Part shown: one piece after another, positions 10,243 to 20,543 of the stretch | Numbering within the stretch: position 1 is the first letter of the stretch | Layout: each line of letters opens with the position of its first letter | Source: an uncultured bacterium | GTDB lineage: Bacteria > Chloroflexota > UBA5177 > JANWHV01 | NCBI GenBank assembly: GCA_963827235.1 | Contig: CAWHAE010000009.1 | Span: 576,001-640,000, forward strand | Length of the DNA: 64,000 bases | Reading direction: 5' to 3' | Made by a program: the position numbers and the translations under genes | Notes under the pieces: generated by a model | What the model was told of the DNA's origin: nothing | The model's input: only the letters and a program-made list of their open reading frames with translations | Databases searched by the model: none

Positions 10243-13225
10243 GTGAATACCAGCATGTGGGTACGACGTATTAAGCGCAATGTGTCACTCGTTGCGCTGC
10301 TCATGTTGATCGCGGTGCTGGTGCCGGCGGCGATGCGTGGCGGCGTCGCACATGCCACGGCGACGGGTACCGTGAGCGTCTCTCCTTCGACCGTCGTGCC
10401 GGGCGGTACGATCTACCTGACCGCCAGCGGCAGCGGCTTCCAGGCGTTCCAGCAGGTCAGCGTCTACATCTCGCCCACCGTCACGGGCCTCGGCCCCTAC
10501 GCTCTGTGGACGACCGATGCCAGCGGTAACCTCAGCATCCCTTCCTATCCCATTTTGATCCCGGGCAACGCCACGTACGGGACTTACAGCGTCAATGTGA
10601 ACGTGGTCAGCAGCAGCTCGAGCTACAGCGCCTACGTCTACACGACCTTCGTGGTCGGTACCTCTACCGGGACCGCGATCGCGATCAGCCCGACTTCGGT
10701 GGTGCCCGGGCAGCCGTTCACGGTGAGCGGATCGGGGTGGACGGGCTCCGGCCTGAAAGTCACCATATCGTTCCCCACGCTGACCTCGATCGGGACCTCG
10801 ATCGTCACGGAGACACAGTCGGGCACGTTCACATCACCCTACATCTACGTGCCGGTCAGCACGTCCGCGGGAACCTACACCGTCCAGGCGACCGAGAACT
10901 ACGTGCCGAGCGGCGGCGTGGCGAAGTCGGCTACCGGCGTGATTACCGTCTCCGGCACCACCGGCACGTCGTCGGTCACCTTGAATCCCCTGGGCACGAC
11001 CACGACCGTCACGGCCGTGCCCGGCGGCACGATCAGCGTCACCGGTCTCGGCTTCCTGGGCCTCGGCTACGTCACGCTCATCTGCTCGTCGCTGGGGATC
11101 AGCTCATCGGTGACCGACAACGGCGGCACCTTCTACACGACGCTGACCGTTCCCACCACGGCCGCGATCGGTACCTACGTGCTGACGGCCACCGAGGTGG
11201 GCGGCACGAGGGTCGCCTACGCGACCATCCAGGTATCGTCGACCACCTCGACGAGCGGCACCACGCTCACCACCACGCCGACGACGGCGCTGCCTGGGGC
11301 GTCCGTGGTGCTGTCGGGCTACGGCTACACGGCGGGTGCCGCGGTCACGATCAGCGGGCTCGGCAGCACCTTCACGACATATGCCCTGTCGAGCGGCTAC
11401 ATCAGCACGTCGATCTCGGTGCCCTCCACGGAGCCGTACGCAAGCTACCTGATCACGGCTCAGGACGTCTATGGGCACGTGGCAACCGCGTACCTGACCG
11501 TCGGCACGGCCGACACCGTCTCCGTCAGTCCCACCTCGGGGGTCGCCGGTACCTCCGTCACCGTCACCGGCACGGGGTTCACGTCCGGAGAGCTGGTGAC
11601 CTTCGGTCTGGCCACCGGCACCACCACCTCGACGTACATCTCGGGCACGACCGTGTCCTTCACTGCCAGCGGCGGCACTATCAGCGGCACCTATACGGTA
11701 CCCAGCACCCAGGCCGCCGGCACCTACGAGCTGCTCGCCTACGGCAACAGCAGCGGCAGTGTGGCCTACGCAACCTTTACCGTCACCGGGGTGGCGGCGA
11801 CGGCCACCAACACGGTGCCTCCCACGGCCACGCCGTTCCCCACCTCCACGCCCGGCTTCGTGCCCTTCCCCACGCGGATAGCGGTGCCCACGCAGGCCAC
11901 GGGCCCGCTGGCCACGATCTCGACCGCCGCGACCACCACGTACTTCGCCGACGGCTATACGGGAACGGCGGCCACGAACGGCAAGGCGACCTTCACCGAG
12001 AAGCTCTACCTGTTCAATCCCGGCTCCGTGTCGTCCAACGTCACCACCACCTACTACGTGTCCAGCACGAACAACACGCATACCACGGTGGTCAAGCAGG
12101 ACACGGTGGCGGCGGGCGCCACGACGGTGCGCGACGTGAACGGCGACGTGGGCACCGACAAGAACGTGAGCATCGTGGTGCAGGCCTCGGCGGCGCTCTC
12201 CCCCGAGGTGGTGATCAGCCGCGTCACGCCGTCCGGCGCCACGCTCGATACGGCGAGCGACCAGGGCACGACCGCGCTCGGCCAGACCTGGTACCTGGCC
12301 GAGGGCTACACGGGTGCCAGCCTGCAGGAGTATCTCACGATCTTCAACCCGGGCAATGCCGACGCGCACACGCAGGTGCAGTACCTGCCGAGCGATACGG
12401 CGGCACCGGCCGCCAAGGCCTACACGGTGCCGGCCAATAGCCAGCTCACCGTCAACGTGCGCTCCGACTACAACGCCCTGGTCAAGCACGGATCGCGCAA
12501 TATCGGCATCAGCATCAGCTCGGACCAGCCGGTGAGCGTCGATCGCTCCATGTACTGGGGCGACGGCTCGGGATCCGGGAAGTACGGCTCGTCGATCGGC
12601 TCCGGCATCAGCGCCGGCCAATCCACGCAGTACTTCTCCTACCTGCCGGCCGCGAACGGATCGCAGTCGTTCGTGACCGTGCTCAATCCGAACGGCAGCG
12701 CGGCCACCACGACGCTGACCCTGCGTGACGCATTCGGGGCGCTGCTTCTGGCGGCACCGGCGACCATCGGCTCCGGCCAGCGCCACACCTTTGCCATTCC
12801 CACGCCTGGTGGCGGGGAACATAGGCATCCTGTCCGGCACGCTGGTGTCCAGCCAGCCGGTAGTGGCCGAGGCCAGCGTCTACTTCGGCGGCTCGCCGAA
12901 CGTGGGCAGCCACCCCGGCGTGGTCATGCACGGCACGGCAGGCGCCTCCACGGGCACCGAGGCGGACGTCTCCGCGGCAGGCGCGCAGCTCCGCGTCATC
13001 AACGTCTCCGGCGCGGCTATCCGCGTACAGGTGCTCAGCCAGGGAGCCGGCTCGCCGTCGACGCTCTTTGACGCGACGGTGGCCAACCGGGCGGCGGCCA
13101 CCATCCAGATCCCGTCCGGCGTCGACGCACGCAGCGTCGTGGTGCTGGGCAGCGGCGCCTTCTCCGCCACCCTGGTCAACGGCGGCGTGGGCATGCCCAC
13201 CGCCTGGGGCGGCGGGCTGAACTAG
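10243..13225 (+). CDS. Third secreted Ig-like-repeat surface protein with Pro/Thr linker and 'YFADGYTG/WYLAEGYTG' domain; apparent +1 frameshift at ~12805
   Basis: Signal peptide ending AHA. ORF 10243..13071 turns into nonsense after RHTFAIPT; the domain continues as LVAGNIGIL...VVAEASVYFGG in ORF 12725..13225. Confidence 0.82.
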
Positions 13226-13248
13226 GGGCGAGCAGGGCCCTCGATCGC

Positions 13249-13283
13249 AAGGCCGCTCTCCGGAGCCACCGGGGAGCGGCCTT
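13249..13283 (+). terminator. Hairpin after the surface protein gene
   Basis: AAGGCCGCTCTCCGG-AGCCA-CCGGGGAGCGGCCTT, 23 nt after the stop. Confidence 0.6.
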
Positions 13284-13417
13284 CTCGATCTCGCGGATGT
13301 TGCCATGACGCGCCAAAGCCCGGGCGGATAGATGGGAGCGGGCACGGGCGGAGTGCCGCGGGCGCCTGGTCGCGGTCGACCGGGGAATGGACCAAAGGTG
13401 CGGGCACGGTAGCCGGC

Positions 13418-13507
13418 ATAGCGTGCGACTGCGGGGATAGCGTGCGACTGGGGGCAGAGCCTGCGACTGCGGGCGCATGGCAGCAGACCGGGGCACTGCG
13501 GTGCCGG
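13418..13507 (+). repeat. REP-like array left of the transposase: 3 x 19-bp tandem units plus a 47-bp inverted-repeat arm (13461-13507)
   Basis: ATAGCGTGCGACTGCGGGG / ATAGCGTGCGACTGGGGGC / AGAGCCTGCGACTGCGGGC; palindromic core GGCAC-TGCG-GTGCC. Confidence 0.8.
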
Positions 13508-13761
13508 AGGTGCGCAAAGCACACCGCACAGGCTTATCCGTGCTACGATTGCGGTGGTCCCTTGCGGTATTCTCGCCGTAGGAGGGACGAAACGTAGTAT
13601 CGCGCTCGGTACGCCACCACAGTCGTGCAACTGTGGTAGAGCGCGCGCGCTGCGTCGCGGCGGTGAGTCGGGACGCTCGCTTGCAATCCACGCTACCCTG
13701 CGCGGTTGGTTGCGGCAGCCACACCGATTGTAGGCGGCAGTCCGTTGTTCCAGGAGCATGG

Positions 13762-14220
13762 ATGGCCCTGCACCACGTGAACTTCCATACGGCGCGAAAC
13801 CAGCCGGTGTTCGAGTGCGCGGCATACGATACCATGATGCGGACGACTATCAAGGCGGTGTTGCGCGAGCGCCGCATCCTGTGCCTCGCCTGGGAGCTGA
13901 TGCCGACACATCTCCATGCGATCCTCGTTGATTTTGCCGACTTCCCACGCGGGGCAATCCTGAAGCACCTGAAGGGTGACACGTCGAGGGCCTTCTTCCG
14001 CGCCTTTCCCGAGTTGCGTGCTAACCTAATGGGAGGGCATCTGTGGGCGAAGGGTTACTGGTCGACGCGCATTACCACCCACGCCCAGTTCTGCGCGACG
14101 CTGGAGTACGTGCGTAACAACCGGGCGCATGAAGGCCTGGAGCCGCCAGCGCCACTTCAACCTTTCGGCATGGATGGACCCCTGACCGCGGCTCCAACCG
14201 CGCAACCCACGGCAACGTAA
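13762..14220 (+). CDS. tnpA: IS200-like / REP-associated (RAYT-like) HUH tyrosine transposase (Y1_Tnp)
   Basis: AGGAG RBS; HUH motif MPTHLHAI, LKGDTSR, HLWAKGYW, catalytic-Tyr helix LEYVRNN; no tnpB downstream. Confidence 0.88.
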   Translation: MALHHVNFHTARNQPVFECAAYDTMMRTTIKAVLRERRILCLAWELMPTHLHAILVDFADFPRGAILKHLKGDTSRAFFRAFPELRANLMGGHLWAKGYWSTRITTHAQFCATLEYVRNNRAHEGLEPPAPLQPFGMDGPLTAAPTAQPTAT

Positions 14221-14227
14221 GGCCGAT

Positions 14228-14299
14228 CCGGCACTGCAGTCGCACGCTGTCCCCGGCACCGCAGTGCCCCCGTCTGCTGCCATGTGCCCGCAGTCGCAG
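14228..14299 (-). repeat. REP-like inverted copy right of the transposase
   Basis: The reverse complement of 14253-14299 matches 13461-13507 at 45/47; 14237-14254 is another inverted copy of the 19-bp unit. Confidence 0.85.
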
Positions 14300-14374
14300 A
14301 CATCGGGCCCCCCGCCTCCGGCCCCCCAAACCGGGTGATAGCCGGAACATTTCATATGGTCCACGATGTGAGGC

Positions 14375-15145
14375 ATGAACGACGTACTTCGAGACCTTGA
14401 AACCGCCAAGGCTCCTCGAGCAGACAGCCTCACAGATCTGATCATGGAGCATACAGAATTTTTCGCGACTCTTTCACATGAGCTTCGTACGCCGCTGGCC
14501 ACCGTCAAGGGATTCGGCCAGAGCTTGCTGGACCATTGGGATCAATTGCCGGACGAGCGCAAGCGACAGCACGTCGAGTCTATGCTGCGCTCGGCCCTGC
14601 GCCTGGAACGGCTGGTCGGCGACATCTCCCTCTCCGCTAACCTGGTCGACGGGGTCGCCCTCAGCCCCGCCTCAGTGATCGTGGACGACGTGGTCGCCCA
14701 GGGCGTTCACGAGGCGAGCACGCTCTATCCCGGCCGGGTGTTTCACTTCCGGCCCTCGGGCTCGGGTCAGCAGGTGTGGGCCGATCGCGAGCGACTGCTC
14801 CAGGTGCTGGTGAATCTGCTGGACAACGCCGCGAAGTACTCGCCGGCCGATCAGCCCGTCAACGTGTGCTGGGCGGCCCACGGCTCTCACGTGCAAACCG
14901 AGGTTCGCGATGCCGGCCTCAGCCTCACGCGCGAGGATCGAGAAGCGCTCTTCGTCCAGCGCGGCCGTCTCCACGCCGCCAATCGGGCGGCCGGCGCCCC
15001 TTGCGGCTCCGGCCTCGGCCTCTACATCTGCAAGGGTCTGGTAGAGGCGATGCACGGCTCGATCGGCACCCGGCCCGGCGACGACGGCCTGGGTAACGTG
15101 TTCTGGTTCACGCTTCCTGCCGAGGACGTAGCCGTCGCCAGCTAG
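14375..15145 (+). CDS. Cytoplasmic histidine kinase (HisKA + HATPase_c, no sensor domain)
   Basis: H-box LSHELRTPL, N-box NLLDNAAKYS, G2-box GSGLGLYIC. Confidence 0.88.
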   Translation: MNDVLRDLETAKAPRADSLTDLIMEHTEFFATLSHELRTPLATVKGFGQSLLDHWDQLPDERKRQHVESMLRSALRLERLVGDISLSANLVDGVALSPASVIVDDVVAQGVHEASTLYPGRVFHFRPSGSGQQVWADRERLLQVLVNLLDNAAKYSPADQPVNVCWAAHGSHVQTEVRDAGLSLTREDREALFVQRGRLHAANRAAGAPCGSGLGLYICKGLVEAMHGSIGTRPGDDGLGNVFWFTLPAEDVAVAS

Positions 15146-15181
15146 CGTGTTGACACTCGGCGGGACCGGCCCTACCATTTC

Positions 15182-17719
15182 TTGGTGTTCCACTCCCGGC
15201 CTCCGGATTCCCGTGTCTCGCGCTTATGGCCGACCAGGTTCCCAGGCCGTACCTGGTGGCCGCCTCTGCTGTTGCTCCTGCTCCCCATCCTCCTGTTTCG
15301 CCAGGGGTTGGGGACGGGCACGCCGCCGTTCGGCGGCGACGTGCTGGTGCTCAACTATCCCCTGCTGGCACTGGTCAAGCGGCAGCTGCTGCACGGCCTG
15401 CTGCCGCTCTGGAACACGTGGGCGGGTGGAGGCTACCCGCTGGTGCCGTTCAGCGGCCTGATCGCCTATCCGCTCATCTGGCCGCTCGCCTTCCTGGACG
15501 TGCGCGACGCCATCACGGTGATGGACATGGCACACATGGCGATCGCCGGCATCGGCGTCTATCTGCTGTGCGGCATCACGGAGGCGGGACGGGTGGGCCG
15601 CGCGATCGGCGCCCTGGCCTTCGCCCTCTCCGGCTTCATGATCGCGCACGTGTATGCCGGCCATCTGCTGGAAATGGGCGTGATCGCCTGGATGCCCTGG
15701 GTGTTCTTTACCGCCCATCGCCTGATCGATCGGCCCGCCTGGCCCCGTGCGCTGGCACTCGGCGCGGCGCTCGGCATGCAGGTGCTGGCCAACGGCCTCG
15801 GCTTCCTTGTGTTCACCGCCTACCCGGTCGGCATCCTGCTGGCGATCGGCGCCGGAACGGCGATCCGCCGCCGGGGCCGGGCGGCCTCGCGCCTGGTCGC
15901 GCTCATCGCCCTGAGCGGCCTGGTCGGCGCCGGATTGTCGGGCGTGGTACTGCTGCCGTTCGCGCAGTCGCTGGGTTGGAGCGTGCGATCGGGCGGACTC
16001 GACTTCGCCGGCGCCACGCAGATCTCGCTGCCGCCCGCGGCCCTGCTGATGCTCTTCTCGCCCGACGCCGTGGGTACCGGCCCCGACAATACCTACTGGC
16101 TCAACCAGTTCAGCCAGGGCTACTGGCACGAGTTCGCCCTGTACGTGGGGCTGTTGCCGCTGCTGGCGGCGATTGCCGCCGCCGTCTACTGCCGGTCTCG
16201 CCCGCACGTATCCTTCTACGCCTGGCTGACACTGGCCGGCCTGGTGCTCGCCTTCGGCAGCTACACGCCCGCCTACGGGTTCGTCTTTCACCTGCCCTTC
16301 GTCAGCCTGGTGCGCGTGCCCGCCCGCTGGCTGCTGCTGTGCATGCTCGGCCTCTCCGTGCTTGCCGCTCCGGGCGTGGATTGGCTGCTGCAGCAGCGCC
16401 GGGGAGCGCGCGCGTTGTTGCAGGCGCTGCGCCGGCCGCTGGCCGGGTGCGCGGCGCTGATCGCCGTCCTGGTGGCCGGCGTGCAGGTGGAATACATGCG
16501 GGCGGGAAACATCGACCTGCAGCCGCAGTTCTTCGCCACCCTGTTTCCCGCGGCCGGCCGGCTGCTCCTGTTCGCCGGCATCCTGGCCCTCATACTGGCT
16601 TGTAACGCGGATCGCCTGATCCGGCCCTCCGCCACCGCCGGGCTGCTGCTGGCCTTCACCGTTCTCGACCTCTGGACGGCGGAGAGCGGATCGATCCTGT
16701 TCGTCGATCCGTCGCACGTTCTACCAGCCCACGGCGATAAGCGCCCTGGTGCACGAGGACCCGTCGAGCTACCGGGTGCTCACGCTGCCGGCCGGAGCCG
16801 TTCCCCGCACCATGCCGTATCGCCAGGGCATGGTGAGCGGCGATATCTACGACGCCGAGGACTTCGCGCCCATCACCATGAGCGGCTACTGGACCGTCAC
16901 CCATCCCAAGAATCCGGCCCATCCAATCTCGAACGCCAATGCTCGTGACTTGATCACCTGCTACGATCAGCGCTTCGCCAGCCTGCTCGAGCATCACCGA
17001 GGTCGTCACCGCCTCGCCCTTCTCCAGCGATCGCCTGTGCCAGACGCCCAATGTCGGCATGCCGCGCCTCTCCCTGCGCTCGGCCGTGGTCACGGAGAGC
17101 TGGACGGAGCAAAACGGCACGAGCTGGAATCCCACCTGGTTCCAGGCCATCGCCTACGTATATCGCGAATACCGCCGCCCTGCCGCGAGCCTTCCTTATG
17201 CCGGCGGGTCGGGCCGTGGCCCAGGCGCCGGCCTCGGCGCAGCTGGCGGCGGTGGAGGCCCCTGGCTTCGACGGCGCCCGGCACCTGATCTACGATCCCG
17301 GCGTGCGGCCGGTGCCCCTGGGTCTGGACGGCCTGCAGAACGCCTGGGCCGCCGCGCTCAAGCCCGCCACACTGCCGCTTCCCGCCAATCTCCCGGCCGG
17401 CCAGGCCCGCGTGATTGCCGATGACGGCAACAGCGTGCAGGTGGCGCTGAACGCGAGCCGGGCATCGTTCCTGGTGCTCGACGACACGTACTATCCCGGC
17501 TGGCAGGTATGGATCGACGGCAGGCGCGCCGACGTCCACCAGGCGGACTACGTGTTGCGCACGGTGGCCGTGCCGGCAGGCAAGCACGTGGTAGTGTTCG
17601 TCTACGCGCCGCTCTCCTACCTGGCCGGGCTGCTCTGCACCTGCGGCACGGCGCTACTGGTCGCCGGCGCCGCCCTCTTCCTGCTCCTGAAGCACCGCGG
17701 CGCGCCGCCTCGAGCTTGA
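15182..17719 (+). CDS. YfhO-family polytopic membrane protein (GT-C-like); three apparent +1 frameshifts (~16715, ~16990, ~17167)
   Basis: LPLWNTWAGGGYP, AFALSGF, YVGLLPL and RVPARW motifs; C-terminal LVLDDTYYPGWQVWIDG and VAVPAGKHVVVFVYAP typical of YfhO; spread over ORFs 15182, 16749, 17059 and 17051. Confidence 0.82.
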
Positions 17720-18757
17720 CGACTTCCTGCCGCGGACGGCCCCCGGCTTCGCTGCCTCCTCGTTCTCAGACTCGACGTCCTGCATGCCCGCGGGCAGCGC
17801 CGTCTCCTGAAGATCGCGCGCTTCTTCCACGGCGCCCAGGCAGAGCAAGGCCGCCGCCCGCATGCGCAGAGCTTCCTGCTCGGGCTTACCTTCCGGCGTC
17901 TCCAGGATGGCCGGGATGCCGGCCAGGCCCGGGTGGGTCAGCCAGGCGCCCAGTCCGGCGTAGCCGATGTTGCCCTGACCGAGGTGCGTGTGCTGATCGC
18001 GGTGGCTTTCCAGGGCCATCGGCGAGTCGTTCACGTGCAGGACTCGTACCAGCGAGATACCCACGGTGCGATCTATCGCCTCTACGGCGCGCTCGACTCC
18101 CTCGGCCGTGCTGATGTCGTGGCCGGCGCCCCACAGATGCGCGGTATCGATGCAGACTGCGATCCGCGGATGGGCAATGTCGCGCACCAGCGCGGCCAGG
18201 GCCTGCAGGCTGCCGGCCATGGAGTTTCCCGAGCCTACATTGTTCTCCAGCAAGAGATAGGGCCCATCCGGCATGCCATCGAAGGCGCCGTGTACGGCTT
18301 CCACGATACGGGCGACGCCTGCCTCGTGCCCCGATCCCTTGTGGCTGCCGAGATGCACGATCACGTGCGGCGAGCCAAGCTCGATGGCGCGAGAGAGGGA
18401 GTTGCGCACGGCCTGGCGCGAGCTGGCATAGATCGGCTCTTCCGGCGAGGCGAGATTGATCAGGTAGGGCGCGTGGATGGCCAGCGGCCGCACGCCGGCA
18501 TCGGCCCAGGCGGCGCGCATGGCCGAGGCCCGGTCCACCGGCAGCGGCACGTGCCGCCAGCCCTTGGGATTGCCGGGAAAGATCTGTGCCGCGGTGCAGC
18601 CGAGCCTCACGGCCAGGGCGATGGTCTGCTCCATGCCCGGTCCCGTGCCCAGGTGCCGGCCGAGCGGCCTCGACAGCGGGGGAAGCGGTGCTGCTTCGAC
18701 CGGGTTGCCGGGATCAAGGCTCGGGCCGGGTATGGCCTGCTGCGGATCGGTCTCCAT
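17654..18757 (-). CDS. nfo: Endonuclease IV (AP endonuclease family 2)
   Basis: HAPYLINLASP, LLLEN, CIDTAHLWGAG, HVNDS...DQH..LGQGNIG and ILETP motifs. Confidence 0.93.
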   Translation of the reverse strand: METDPQQAIPGPSLDPGNPVEAAPLPPLSRPLGRHLGTGPGMEQTIALAVRLGCTAAQIFPGNPKGWRHVPLPVDRASAMRAAWADAGVRPLAIHAPYLINLASPEEPIYASSRQAVRNSLSRAIELGSPHVIVHLGSHKGSGHEAGVARIVEAVHGAFDGMPDGPYLLLENNVGSGNSMAGSLQALAALVRDIAHPRIAVCIDTAHLWGAGHDISTAEGVERAVEAIDRTVGISLVRVLHVNDSPMALESHRDQHTHLGQGNIGYAGLGAWLTHPGLAGIPAILETPEGKPEQEALRMRAAALLCLGAVEEARDLQETALPAGMQDVESENEEAAKPGAVRGRKSSSSRRRAAVLQEQEEGGAGDQ

Positions 18758-18799
18758 GTGGCTCCCTCCGACACAGATGCCCCCTTTCGATGGGAGGCA

Positions 18800-19312
18800 C
18801 TACGGACTGATAAGCTGTCTGATCGTGGCCATCGGCAGGAAGAGCCGATGCGGGTTATCGGCGAACGAGGTGAGTCCGAATTGCTCGTACCAGCCTTGCG
18901 CCCAATCATGCTTCGCCTCGACGACCACCGCTATCGCAGCAACCTCCTCGGTAGCCCGAAGGCTGCGTTCGAGCGAGTTCATCAGCAGGCGCCTGCCAAG
19001 CCCGCGGCCGGCGAAGCGGGTGTCTACCGCGAGCCGACCGATGAGCACGGCCGGCAGGCGGTTGTAGTGCGGTAGCCTGCGCGTGAATGACTCGGGCAGC
19101 TCGGCAGGCACGAGAGCATACATGCTCAACGTGTAGAAGCCGGCAACCGTATCGGCATTCGCCTCGGAGAGGACAAACACGGCCGCCACCCTGCGCCGCT
19201 GTTCCTGGGCTGCCTGCTGCCGCAGATACTGGTCGAGAGCCGGCTCGCCGCAGGAGAAGCCCGCCCGATTGTGCCGGGTCGCCAGCGCCTCGACGGTGAA
19301 TGACTCAGCCAC
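18800..19312 (-). CDS. GNAT-family toxin (AtaT/TacT-like)
   Basis: FSCGEPALDQYL, AGFYTLS, PAVLIGRLAVD...GRGLG motifs; downstream of a DUF1778 gene. Confidence 0.9.
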   Translation of the reverse strand: MAESFTVEALATRHNRAGFSCGEPALDQYLRQQAAQEQRRRVAAVFVLSEANADTVAGFYTLSMYALVPAELPESFTRRLPHYNRLPAVLIGRLAVDTRFAGRGLGRRLLMNSLERSLRATEEVAAIAVVVEAKHDWAQGWYEQFGLTSFADNPHRLFLPMATIRQLISP

Positions 19313-19318
19313 GTACGG

Positions 19319-19627
19319 CTAGCCGCCCAGCGTCTCCCGGTAGCCCTGCCACGCCGCACGCAGTTGCGCGTTTGGGGCAGGTGGATTGAGCAGTGCCTCG
19401 ATAAGCTGCACGCTCTCGCTTGCCGTAAGCATGATGACCTCGCGCTCCTGGATCGCTTGCTCCGCCGCGGGCTGCACATGTGCCAGCACGTACTCGGAGA
19501 CGGAGCGGCCCTCCAGCGCTGCCGCGCGTTCGATCAGCTTCTTCTGGCCCATGGTGGCCCGGATGTCCAGGCGCGCCCGCTTCTGCTCGCCCGGGCTACC
19601 GCCTCGTAGACCCTGTGTTTGAGCCAT
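19319..19627 (-). CDS. DUF1778 antitoxin (TacA-like, RHH)
   Basis: ARLDIRAT..QKKLIERAAALEGRSVSEYV...ALLNPPAPNAQLRAA. Confidence 0.9.
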   Translation of the reverse strand: MAQTQGLRGGSPGEQKRARLDIRATMGQKKLIERAAALEGRSVSEYVLAHVQPAAEQAIQEREVIMLTASESVQLIEALLNPPAPNAQLRAAWQGYRETLGG

Positions 19628-19649
19628 GCACTGTTCTCCTCACTTCCGA

Positions 19650-19678
19650 AGTGTACACCTGTTTGGTGTACATTCCAA
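19650..19678 (-). promoter_or_regulatory. TA promoter with palindromic operator
   Basis: Minus strand TTGGAA-N17-TACACT; inverted repeat TGTACACC-N5-GGTGTACA (19652-19672) covers the spacer. Confidence 0.65.
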
Positions 19679-19736
19679 CGGTCCCGGCAGCCCTCTGCGG
19701 CCTGAGTCAATATCAAGCGTCCGAGGGCGCGGAAAA

Positions 19737-20315
19737 TCAGCCGGGAAGCGAGGCGGGCACGCTGGTCCGATCGTAGATCTCGTCCACGCCGAGATGGGCG
19801 CCGATGCTGGCGAACTCGACTTCCTCGGCCGATCCATAGGTGCGAAACAGGACCCAGTCGGCCGGGGTACGCCGGTGAACCTCGACCGCCCGTTCACGCA
19901 TATTGACGAGCACATATTCCTGCATCGTGGGGCAATCGCGATAGTAGCCGAACTTCGCGCCCCGATCGCGGCCTTCCGTGCTCTCTGACAGGATTTCCAT
20001 GGCCAGCCGCGGCGACGAGATCTCCGTCTCCTCGTAAATCGGTGCGTCGCACTCCTCGCAGGTGACCACGACGTCGGGGTAGACGAACCGGCTTGCCGAG
20101 AGGCGTGACGCTATATCGGAGTTGTAGACGGTGCAAGGGCCTCCTCGAAGCATGGCTCGAAGCGCGCTGGCCACGTTCAGGGCGATGGTGGCGTGAGCAC
20201 GACTGCCACCGGCCATCAGGTAGAGCTGCCCGTCGATATACTCGTGCTTGGCGTCACTCGCCCGCTCGAGCGCCCGCCATTCTTCGACGGTGACGTAGTG
20301 TGATGTGCGTTGTGC
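19737..20315 (-). CDS. Uma2 (DUF820) family endonuclease
   Basis: KHEYIDG..YLMAGGSRAH, YPDVVVTC, EILSESTEGRDRGAKF..Y; start codon uncertain. Confidence 0.9.
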   Translation of the reverse strand, partial: AQRTSHYVTVEEWRALERASDAKHEYIDGQLYLMAGGSRAHATIALNVASALRAMLRGGPCTVYNSDIASRLSASRFVYPDVVVTCEECDAPIYEETEISSPRLAMEILSESTEGRDRGAKFGYYRDCPTMQEYVLVNMRERAVEVHRRTPADWVLFRTYGSAEEVEFASIGAHLGVDEIYDRTSVPASLPG

Positions 20316-20543
20316 TACCACGGAAGTCTCCTTGCCCCTCATAGTACGTCATTGCGAGGCGGCGGGGCCGCACGGATACGGCCAACCAAGAAATGTGGCC
20401 CGATTACTCTGCCTGCAAGACATCCGCCGCTCTGCTCGACGCTGCCCAAGGCGGCGTACCAGGCACTTTCCCGGCAGGTGGTGCACGGTCCAGGGCCGAG
20501 GAATCTGCCCCTACAGCGGCATCATCGAAAACGACAAGGGGGG

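Noticed and set aside
13418-13474. Mini CRISPR array
   Set aside because: The 19-bp units are directly adjacent with no spacers, and no cas genes are present.
13762-14400. IS605/TnpB (OMEGA) element
   Set aside because: No tnpB or RuvC-like ORF adjoins the transposase.
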